NCBI GenBank assembly: GCA_002633005.1
Contig: NMRA01000912.1
Location: 4,027-68,026, forward strand
Source of the DNA: Phoronis australis
Taxonomy: Eukaryota; Animalia; Phoronida
DNA: 64,000 nt
Direction: 5' to 3'
Part shown: one piece after another, positions 40,101 through 52,100 of the stretch
Numbering within the stretch: the stretch's first letter is position 1
Layout: each line of letters starts with the position of its first letter
The notes under the pieces: generated by a model
Told to the model about the DNA's origin: nothing
The model's database searches: none
What the model saw: only the letters and a program-made list of their open reading frames with translations
Position numbers and translations under genes: made by a program

Positions 40101-43100
40101 CCCAAGTGTTTCAACTTTTCCATGTGTATGTGGTCAAGCTAAAAGCGTCTAAAAAGTTTGTCTTGTTTGTCTGATTTTTTCTTTTCATTCAAAAAACATT
40201 GTTGAAGATGACCCGTTACTTCAGAGTAAAAAAGTTTACCACTTCTGTTAAACAGCTAGCTCAGCAAAATATAATTTCGGAACTAGTTAAGTGTGTATAT
40301 GTTGCCTTTGTGCACGTATGTCGTACTTTCTCTTGGTAAAGTGTGACACTGGGGTTTACGTCCGTTACTGGTTTTCATGGTAGTGGAATGTGCTTTCTAT
40401 GAAGTTTTCATGGTAGCCGAATGTGCTCCCTACCAAGTTTTGTGGTAGCGGAATGTGCTCCCTACCAAGTTTTCGTGGTAGTCAAATGTGCTCCCTATCA
40501 GTTTTTCATGGTAGTCGAATGTGCTTCCTACCAAGTTTTCATGGTAGCTGAATGTGCTCCCTATAAAGTTTTCATGGTAGCGGAATGTGTTCCATACTAA
40601 GTTTTCATGGTAGTCGAATGTGCTTCCTACCAAGTTTTTGTGGTATCTGAATGTGCTCCCTACCAAGCTTTCGTGGTAGCAGGGTGTGCTCCCTATTAGG
40701 TTTTTATGGTAGCGGAGTGTGCTCCCTACCAGGTTTTCATGGTAGTGGAATGTGCTTTCTATTAAGTTTTTACAGACTCCATTAAGTTTCTACTGTAAAA
40801 ATTCTTCAGTTTGAGACATCAAATTCAAAACTGAATCATTTTTTGGCATGTGATGCATTGCATTGTTAAATGTTATTTACTTTTTGTTCCACCCTGTATT
40901 CAGGCTGTGACTCCCATCAAACTACAGACCCCACAGTTGATGTTTCTTTTGGAAGACCTTGTACTCAAGTTACAGCATGCCCTACCAGCCACCGTCTGCA
41001 AACGAAAGACCTTCCTGAAGGTTAGTGGTGGTTGAGTCGCCCTAGTTTTTCATAATTTTTCTTAGTATATGCAAAACCAGCTTATTTCAGCAAATTTTGA
41101 CTCAGATTTTAATCTGAAGAGACTTATTAATAGGTTGTCTGGCTTTGTCAAAATTACAATAGAGCTTCTTTCAACACAAACAATGATACTTACACTGGTG
41201 CATATAGAACGTATTAGTGATTTGCTTGGACATCACAAAACCTCCATGTTACAATGTTTTAGACCCGAAATTCAAAGACTGTTGGCTTCACACAGCTGGA
41301 CCAGCACAGCAGTGCACAGTTGGCTGAGTGGGCTGTGACAGTGCTGCCCTCTCTCTGTGATCGTCTGCTAGAGACTAATGACTACTTCAAGGTGGGTTTG
41401 CGGTAGGAAAGGAACCAAAGTGTAATTTGCTAGAAGATTTGACGAATTTCTCTTGTTGAAAATTGACCATATGTTGATTACTTATTTAACTCATAATATG
41501 ACAGATGCTTGAAATTTTATTTTGTCAAATTTCTTAACAAAAAAGTAGAAATTTTTGGCTGTTATTTAGAAGGCTTGTAGTGTTTAGGTCTTAAAATAAC
41601 ACTTGTGTACGACGTTTATCTGGGAACTCCATTAAATTAAACTAAAATTTAATTGAAGACGAAATGATTTTTTTTCGTTTGCATCAGATATTATTGTTTT
41701 ATAAGGGAGTTCTCAAGTGTATTCTCCCTTCAAGACTTGTGTCTGGTTAGTGCACTAGATTGCTGCAAGACTAGCCTGTATTGTGTGTTTTTCGTAAATG
41801 TTAATTTGTATCAGGTGATTTATAAGCCCAAGAGGCTGGGGATGTATTGCGCAAAAAGTCGGTTTGTTTTCGTATTGCATTGCATGATGCATCCTTTGCT
41901 CTGATAATTAATACATATAAATATAATTTACACATTTCCAGTGAGGAAATGTGACCGTGCATCAGGGAAGCTGCCTCGGATGGTTCCTTACTCAGATGGG
42001 GAATGATTTACAGGTCATGGATGAACTGAAGACTTGTTATTGCTTCCACTCATGATTTTCTTTGGCTTTGTCTGAAGAGATAACGAACTGTCAGCTCCTT
42101 CCAAGCTTAAAGATCACTTCAGAAATAAGGAAGGAACAAGATAAGGCCAATTCTGTAAAGTGGCTTAATCAAACTTTTGTTGACATAAAGCACTGTTTCA
42201 ATGCTGCTTTAAGATACTTATGCACTTGTATTATGATGATGTCTTGTTATAGGCTAGACTTGAAGAGGATGATGGTGTAATAGATGGACCAAGTGTTAGT
42301 TCAGCTGATTACCACCAGATGGTGTGCTTGTTTCATCTTTTGTTGCAGGCAATCAGTCACATCTTGTCCTGGTAAGACTGAATTTTTTGTGGCACAAATG
42401 TTCTTTATTTGATGATGTTTTCGGGGAAATATTTTTCTGTTATTTGTTTTTAATGATTTGAGCAATTTTGGAATAGCTTAGTTTGCTTTTAGAAAAGTAT
42501 GCAATTGTTTAAAAAACAAAAATGTTTTGAAATTGGCCAAAGTCCTGACAAAACTGTTCCATAAAGTTTTTATTACAAAATGATTTATTTCTAAAATTTC
42601 TGAAAAGGTTATTAATTACAAATTATAATTCTAGAACATTCAGACATATTAACCCCAAACTAGTGTTTCCACCAGTTGCATGATTGTGTTCATGTTGCAG
42701 GAATGGGTTTGAACGGCCAGACAACAGAGGGCTCTTCAGGCAGTGTGTGAGTGTGATGGCGGCCAGAATAGAAGAGGCAGACACGAGTCAACTGTCGCTG
42801 AAAGTGTTATTAAAGTGAGTATGTGTTTGAACTGTTACATACGGCAGAATGTGTGACTGTTCCCGTAGTCTTGTTTTGTTATGAATTTTCCATTTTCTAA
42901 TGTCATGTCATGTCACGTGATCCAGATGTTAGAGGACTGTTCTAGTTTTGAAGCAAAGCTCGACCATAGAATTCCACCCTAATAAGCATGTCATTGCTCA
43001 CTTCAAGTCACAGTCCAATATGAGTTTACTTTGTGATAACGATGACTCATGATTTTTGTTTCTTTCACAGGAAATCGTTTGAATACATGCTGTCCTTAGC

Positions 43101-46100
43101 CACTTTTCTTCCGTCTATCTCCGTTGCCGTGGTACTTGTCAAAATTTTGGGTTTGCTTGCTGAGAAGAGCGGTTCGTCGCAGCTCAAGTCAAACATTGGT
43201 AATTTCAACCTAAATATTATATATTGGATCATTTCAACCTAGCATTTAACAGACTTTTTAAGGAATTTTATAAATTTGCTCCAAATTTAGTGGGTTGACA
43301 GTGGTGACAGGGCATTTTTTGTTTTAGAGAGCTGGATAGTAGAGTCATAATAGTTGATATGTATTGACCACTACCACATGGAGTTTCCTGTCGAGGAAAG
43401 ATGAAATGCATTGTCGTACTGGCTATCTATCATGACCGTGAACTAAGGGCTGTTCCAGTAAAATCTGTATGGGAGGGGGGAAGGCACCATTTTTTTCGCA
43501 CCCACCACCCATATTTTTCATTTATTTCTTCAGCCTACCACTCGTAATTTTTTATAAGTTTGAAATGCAACCACCCGTAATTTCTTTTGTTCTTGTAGTT
43601 GACTGCACAGGCGCTTGAATTTATCTGTTCCTCCATCACCACTAGTGTGATTCTTTACTAAGAAAACATATTTTCTTATTTATGGTTATTAGCCATCGAG
43701 AAATTCGAGCACCTGTGGTTAAATGGTGTTATTGACATGCCAATGAGGAGATCGGAGGGAGTGAAAAAGTCGGAGCTTTTTGCAAGTTGCATTTTTGTTT
43801 CAGTTTTTGATTCTGTTCGGATTGTTTATAAAATTTACTAAAATTACCCACTATCAAACATTTATGGCCCAATGAAACAACAACGACCTGTAAATTTTTT
43901 TTTTTTGAAGTACGACCACCAGCCATTTTGAATTTAAATCAAACGCAACCACCCATAAATTTTTATTTCAGTTGCCTTCCCCCCTCTCCCACACAGATTT
44001 TGCTGGAACAGCCCTAACCTAAATGTTACTACACAAGCAGAGTTCTATGATCTGAACATTTTGCTGGGATGCCGAGTTATGATGGTTTATCGCGGATTGC
44101 TTTTGCCAAGCGGAATTAACTATCATAATGGGGACGCATTGTCGGATTACTGATAGTGTCATGAAGTAAGTTGCCATTGTTATTCTTTAGCCTCGCTTAC
44201 GGAACAGATGTTAAAGAGAGAGTGGACAGCCAGTGACGGACAGCAAGAGAAGGGGGCTAAGTATAACGAAGCCCTCCAGTGTCTCTTTAAGTGAGTTGGC
44301 CTGGGATAACTTGACACTTGGACACTGTGACTCAAGTTGTTATTGTAGCATGGGATGTGGTCTCTTGAAGCCTGGATGTCAGGATATTGGGAAAAACTGA
44401 CTTCCTAAACTGTGTCAGGGCTTGGAATTATCCTCTTTTAAGAGGATTGCCTCTTTTTTGGTTTCGATTTCCTTTTATTTGACTTTCAGTCTCCTCTTTT
44501 TTCGTCTCTTATTAATATTATTCTTGCAAAAACGTTTGTTTTAATCAGTTGAATTTTACAACACAAAAATATCTGTGTCACCAAAGTCTATTTATGGAAC
44601 GATACGTCTGGGAAATTTTCCTCTAGTCATTGGTCATTCGAAGTCCTGCTGTATAAGCTGTGTCTCTTTCAGTGAGTTGGTTTAGTATAGCTTGATACCT
44701 GGAGACATATTGTCTGAAGTTTGAAGTTGTTGTTGCAGTGCGTGATGGAGACTGCAAATTTAGTAAACTACCATTCTTCTATTAATCGATGTACATTATG
44801 ACTCGTTCAGTACGAGTATGATATGTAGAAAATTATGAGTCGTTACTGAACTAACAACGTTTCACCAGCGTCTGCTGAATTGAAAATCCATCTTTGAACC
44901 AAAGAAGAGGCTTGAGACTCAACCTATCACACATCTGGGACAGGATTCTGACTAAAGTTTACTGCTGATTTTCTCAACTCTGACCGAATCCACCAAAGGT
45001 TGCACAGACTTGAAAAAGCGCTGGCTAAACGTTGTCCTTTCATTTCAAGTAAATTCAGTAATGACTCATAATTTTCTGCATATGATTCTTCCCTCTTCCG
45101 TAATTGACATCTTCAAAAGCATACAAAACATTCTCTTTCACGCAAATCATCTGGTCCAGAAAACTTCTGAATTTGTTGATTTTCCTGCCTCTGGCTGATC
45201 GCCACTAACATTTTTAGAAGCAGTTTCAAAGTATACACCAGATTTTAATTCTGTCTTTCCAAACAGCACATTGTCAAGACAAAAGTAATGTGACAAAATA
45301 CCGTTTTCCCCACATGACGGCAAAAATTATCAGAAAAAAATACTGGCAGTGAGTATTATGGCGACAAAATTCTAACTACAGAATGGCTTTGTCACCTTTT
45401 TGTTAATTTCTCTTCATTTTCTTTCTCGAGGGAAGGTCACTCTAATGATGAATTTCGCTTCCTGCCAGCTGTCATGGCAGGGAATTCTGGGCCATTTTGT
45501 CTGAATACTTTTGTCTTGTACTGTCATCTCTGTAGTTATGAATAATTCCCAATTCTGATCTCATTGTTATCCTGAATTTATTCATGAATAATGTCCCCAG
45601 GTATTACCTGCAATACTCTGATGATAAGTTAGAGGTGATTGAAAACATGTTGGCTGTGGATGTACAGCAACTGTTGAAGGGTGACAAGAACGCATCGTCC
45701 ATCACGTTTAAAACACTGACTCGTGCCTCATTCATCGTCTTCTATCGTGCCTCGCTGACGGCTCTGATTAGCTGTGCACAGGAGATTGCTCCTGGCCGGT
45801 CTACAGACACAAGTGATGTAAGCACACCTTCCTGTCTGTAGCTCATACGAAGCAGAAATTTAAATTCCTCCTACAAAGCCAAAGATATCTACATTTACTA
45901 ACTAGCTTCAGTGGGGATCACTCCTCGTTTGGTGTCGCGTTTACTTGTGAAAATCTCAGTTCTTATAATTTTGCATGGTCTTGCTTTTCCTGCAACAAAC
46001 TTCCTCTAGGAATGCACCTCAAGTGATCAGTTAAGATTTCCCGACTGTTTGGCCTAAGTTACTAACCTTCGTTTCCAAAATACTTGCAGAAAATAAGGGA

Positions 46101-49100
46101 CAACAATTATTCAGATTGTTATCAAATTGCGATGCGAGAATGACCGACTTCAATACCAGTACCCCAAGGCTCATTTTAATTCATTTCTTAGTTCCAATTT
46201 TCACTGTTAGGTGTCTTTCAAAGTCATGATTTAGTACTATCTTTTGAAGAGTATTATTGAGTTATCGAGCGTATAGAAAGCTCAGAGTCATTTAGTAGTC
46301 AGACTGTTATCATATTTAACAACGTTGAACGTTGTTGTTACAATTGGTACATGGGTAAGTCAACTGGTTGTACTTAAGAAACAAGAATTGAATCAAAAAT
46401 AATCAAATTTCTCCTAAAAAGTACCGAATTAAATTTCTTAAAATGTATATCTTACCAGCCCTATGGGGAAAAACATTTGAACTCTCAATCTACTGTTAGT
46501 AGTAAAGACAACCATCCTGGTGTGTGTATTATTTCTGCTGTGAGCTGTGATGTATTAATTGAACTGTTGAGATACTGTAAAAACTCAACAACCGTGGTGC
46601 ATCTGTTGTTGCTGCTCCATTGAGTTGAGCTGATTCTTTTTGACAGGTGAAGACGGAGAAGCTTCTTCAGTGGGCGTTGGCTGTTAGAATCTTCCATATT
46701 CTTGTAAACCTCATTAAGGCGTTTGAACAACGAGTCAACCTCAACGCTATACTCAGGGTGCGTTATCTTACATCACTTTTTATTGTTTTATGAAAGCTGC
46801 ATTCCTCCTTGCTTAGCGAGCTAAAAAACGAAAATCTTAGTAGCCTTGCTGGCAGTACAGGGTTGTGGGGTGTTTTGTTCCCGATTGTCAGGCACGCAAT
46901 GACATATTGACAGTCTGTGATGAAAATGACATTGTTGAGACATTGATCAGGTTTGTCTCGTTATCATTTTTTATGCCAAAACGTGCCACGTAATGACTCA
47001 AACAATCTTAATGATCACGCGCTTTTCGTTTTGCTTCCTGTTTCAACTTTAAAACACTTATATTCACATGTTATTGAAAGAGCATCAGGTATGTTTAAGT
47101 CACGAAATTCTGTTCAAATTGACAATGGGGTCATCTAGTGTGTAGAAGGTATAGCAAAACTTAATATATAAAGGACTTATTGGTAGTTTAATTGAGCAGC
47201 AGTGTACAGTCTGTTCATAATGACAGTATTTTATCTGAAACTTGACTTGCATTACATTACGGCGTTTTCTTATTGCTCCCAACTTGTAGGACCCCTGTAG
47301 CCAATATCTTACACGACTAATTAAGTCCATTCCAGCATTTGTGGATGGAGGGCCAGCGCGCTTTTGTTCGATAATTGCTCTAATCTCCAATAAGATCGTA
47401 TCTAGCCTGACTGGGCTGTGGTGTTAAGAATAAAAGTTAAGTTATAACATATTTGAACATAAAGCAGTAGCATTGCTGAAATTCTCGTCAAATGGTGATC
47501 ATGTTTAAATTTTGAATCGCCAAAATCGCCCATCTAAACCGAATTTACGACAATCTATTCTTTCCAAATGTACCAACTTGCTCTGGGTTTGACTGTGTTC
47601 ACACGTGGTCTGTAATAAGCCTGGTAGATAATTGGCCTACCTGTTGTCATACCAGACAAAAGACTGTGCTTAGCAGTTAACAAAGAAGCTAGACATTGGA
47701 TGTTATCACACGCTCACCACTCTCTAGGTCTGGTAAAGTCACGGAAAACGCCGTCATGAGATTAGTATTTCTCGTGAATGCATTGTGAACTGAATTGCTG
47801 AAAGCCAGCATCAAGCTCTCCATGGACAGTTTTGTATAATTTTCTTTTTAAAGCAAAGTAGATGACAGCCTTGATCAACTTAAATGAAAACAGCTAAGTA
47901 GGTATTGAAACAATATTTGGTAAAAAATGCCAATAGAAGCAAAGTTAGCGCAGAGTTGACCTATTTTTAGGAATTTGTTGTGAAAGCTTCTGTAGTTACA
48001 GCTCTTCCTCTGCTGCAGCACCATCTAGTGTTCAGGAAGTGAATTAAACTGCTGTTGTATGGTTCCCATCCTGTGACATTATTGGTTAGTGTTCCGTAGA
48101 CCACATTTTTTGCAAGAAAAACGAGATCCCGCAAAATCACACGAGTGAAAGCGAGTGTTGCTCGAGTATGCTCTCGAGACTTTGCTAGCACAACCAAGTA
48201 AAATGGCGGCCACTGAAGTGATTGGTCGGTGAGGTTGGAGTGTAGAATTATGGGATAGAATTTATAAATTGTGGGAGACAATTCACATTTCCTGTTCCAA
48301 AAGCGAAGATTTTCCGCATGGCTTGTGTCTTGGGTCTACAGAATGCAGCCCCCTCGGCTTTTCACTGGTTTTGATAATACTGTCCTTTTTTAGTACGGCA
48401 GACAGTTTGTGGAGGTCTTCCTGCGACAAGGCATGCCCCTGTTGGATTACAGTCTCCGTGACCATCGAGAGGAAGTGACCAGTTTGCTGAAGAACCTTCA
48501 GCTTAGCACGAGATTTCTTCACCACATGTGCGGTCATTCTAAGGTGAGTTGGTGCGGTCAGCCAGCCAGATGTTGTGGTCACTTCCAAGTATTTGTGTAT
48601 AGTGAAAGAAATCTTCGGAAAGCTGTCTTGGTCTTTCCATCTGTTTGATAGTAGCTATCCTGTTGTTATTTAGTATTGATACTAGAATTAGTTTAGTACT
48701 AGATTTAGTAGAATTTATTTTGTATTACTAGCTTAGTACTCATACTGTAACTGGTACTAGTGATAGTACTACTAGTACTAATTCTACTACGAGTACTGGA
48801 GTTACAACTCGTAGTAGTAGTACTACTACTGGTTACTGTTGATACTACTCTGGTGCTATTTCTGCTACTAATAGTTTATGTAGGTGTGAAGTTACATGTA
48901 CTAGTTGCGGTATAAGTGCTTTTGCTAGTAGTGTTAGTACAATACCACCACCAGTACTAGTAGTTTTACTGCTACTGCTTAATTATTATTTTATTATTAT
49001 TGTTAATTATTATTGGTATACCATTACTACCATAATTAAACAGTGTATTTAGAAACTGTGGGCATTCACAACAATGTAAGATTGCTTTGAAAATTGAAAA

Positions 49101-52100
49101 AACTTTCAATTTTGACAATTATTTTGTACGAAATTGGCGAGACTTTACCCTACTACTTATCACATGTGTCCACATCTGATATCGTCTGCTTCCTGATATC
49201 TGTTGAGCCCTCACGACTGTCTGGTTACACTGGTTATGACCCTGAGCACAATATGACATTGTCAATAAAAATCTTCCTGGTTCACGCCATAGCTTCCTGT
49301 TTTTAAATGATAAGTTCTGTCGTGAATCTAGATGGCGCTTAAAAGTACGCAGTGAATGCGGCCCTGAAAGTTAGATACTGTCACTCATTTATCGGTATTT
49401 TCTCTGGTTTTCTGTTAAAACTACGTTTTTGGTGAAAGCATGAAGTTAAAATTCTTGACGCGTGTCGTTAGAATCTTGAAAATCTTGCAAGATGCTTGTG
49501 TCGGTTTTAAGTATTTGGAATGCACAGTGACCTCTTTTGGATTTTTTTGTTATTGCTGTCGATTCCTTTTTCTCTGTTTAGCGATGAATGCCCTTCTGTT
49601 GACAGATCATCAAAGATATATCGCTGACGAATCAGGTGCCTCTACTGAAGAAATGCCTTGAGTCATTTGTTTATCGCGTCAAGGCCATGCTGACACTCAA
49701 CAAATGTTTAGATGCCTTCTGGCTTGGCAATTTAAAGAACAGGGATTTGCAGGTACTGTGTTACAAAATACTGCACTCATGATATTTGGTAAATGGATAT
49801 TCCCATAAGGCTGTATAGGACCCTGGAAGAATGTCCAACTTGGGAACATCTTATCTCAGACAAGGTTGGTTACATTCATGTGCCTTATGCACTATTCTCT
49901 AAAACTATTAGTAATTGTTTTTAATATGGTCCGCTTTTGCATAAGGGCCTTTCAAAAGGGACTTCTATAATTTTTGAGAGAAAACTCAAAAGATGCATGA
50001 AACAAAAATAATTTATGATTATTTAGAAAACTTTAGCAGCATTTTTTAAGGTTTCATCCTGGAAATTTGGTCAAAACGTAATCAATTTCGTTGTCCTGCA
50101 ATCAATGTTCATTTCTTTTTTTGCTAAATTTTATCAAAAAACATGGTCCCATTAATAAAAATTCAACAGTCAAATTCTCCAAGCTTTTCACTTATAATTA
50201 CTTTTACCGAGTTAAAATCTATAGTTTTGTGGATATCTGATTATTAAATACAAAGATTTCACAAGGTCTTACTTAACCTTAACCGTAACCGTGTTTTATT
50301 GAAAACCACGCTGTAACAACAGTTTTGGCTGGTCGTACATTTCTTGAATTTTTGGCCCGTTTCACGGAGAAAGACTTAAGAAAGAAATTTGGTCTCACAC
50401 TCCCGCTTCGGAATTGTTGAATAAATTTTTATCTGTGAATAATTATGAGTGCATCACAGTCTAGAAATAATGTGTAGGAATTATTTCGGTAGCTAGCTGT
50501 TATTTGTTTATTCACTGAGACTTGGCATTTTTGCTCAAGTGAGATTGAACTGTTTTTCTGGTATAGTTGCGTGAAGGGCGCGACCAAATTTCTAGCTTCA
50601 GTCTTGAGGCTCTTTTCAGGTAGCAGACCCCACATGTTTCTCACTGACTCGATGACCGAGTCATTTTTGTGTAGCTGTGTGGCCTTACCAAATCGCAGAC
50701 ACTGTTTCATAGCTGAGAGACCAAATAAACAGAATTTACTTCCCTCTTAGGAAAATGAGACTTGTGGAAGTTATGGTGGTCTCCATGGAAAATCATTATT
50801 TTTTTCCGAAAAAAAATTGGCCAAGTGATTGCAAACATTTGAACAACACTTTTATTCACATTATTGACTTATTACCAAGGATTCAAAAAATATACGATTT
50901 ACATACTGACAATCAATATTTCAAACGCTATTAAAAGAAAGGTGGCCCTCGCTAACGAAGGTTGGCAGTGACCTTAAATAAGTCCTTGCAGGGTGACACC
51001 GGAAATGAACTGGGAATTGTCGGTTTAAATCTGCAGTTCCAAGCATGATTCTCATCCATAACATTTGCTAAAGATTAATTCAACCAAAACGTGGAGAATC
51101 TGGTGCGGTTTTGTTAACAGGGTGAAGAGATTCTGTCGCAGGCATCCACAACTACCAATGACCCAGATGAGAGTGATCAGGAAGAACTGCCTGAAGATGA
51201 TGACGACCAAAGTGACGTGGTACGTAGCTGGTAACGTGTCAGATTTGCTAGTTTTATCATTGTGCACGTTCTCTCGTATGCATGAGACTGGTGAATTAAA
51301 CTGCCCTCTAGCTGTATGTAAAGGTACTATTAAGTGCTAATGGCTTTTTAATTTAAAGGTTACTCAAAATTTAGTGACTTCAATAGTAAGACTTCTGCAG
51401 AAAGTGCGGATACAAGATTGCAATGGCAATTTTGTCCCAATTGCTTATTTTTTACAGCAGGCATTCACACCATGGACATTTGTGATTGACTTGCTTGTAT
51501 ATTTCTGAACAATTCACGTCATATACAACATTGACAACATGCAAGTGTTTGTTAGCATTTTTGGGTTAGCCAGAGGTGCAATCTAAAATGCCAGGCACAA
51601 CATGCGACCTGGCAACATTCCCAGGTAGCCAAATGGGAACAGAGCCCTCCACAAAAACAAAAAGAAAGCCTGTGTGTGGCACTGCCACAATCTTGACCTT
51701 CACTATTGACGGTCAGTTTTAAAAATGGATGGGTTTGACATGACGGTTGACAGAAGTTAATGGTGACCTATTTCTTGACCAGCTCTTACCTAAGGGGGAA
51801 AACAAATGATGAGAAAGCATTGTTTATGCACGTGTCGTGGTCAAGCCTTGCTACTGTAGTTTTTGCCGAACTCCTGTTTGTGTACTCCATTTCATGGTTT
51901 GTGCGCATGCTCAGATTTGCTGAGTTTGTCAGGTGTACTGATTTCACAAAATAAATAGAACAGTTGTGAACCCAAAGTGTTGTAATTGGAAAAAAGTGTT
52001 ATTCATTTAAGGCTTGGAAGTCACCACAAATTTCAAAGTGAATTACAGGCGAATTCTTGTTCGTTCGACTCGTAAAAATTCAGGGACTTGGGATTTTTAC

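Noticed and set aside
40370-40770. CRISPR-like array, or an 11-aa repeat protein ([11 protein letters not shown]) on the minus strand
   Set aside because: Units are contiguous with no unique spacers, there are no cas genes and the context is a eukaryotic intron; the ORF is a by-product of a 33-bp unit.
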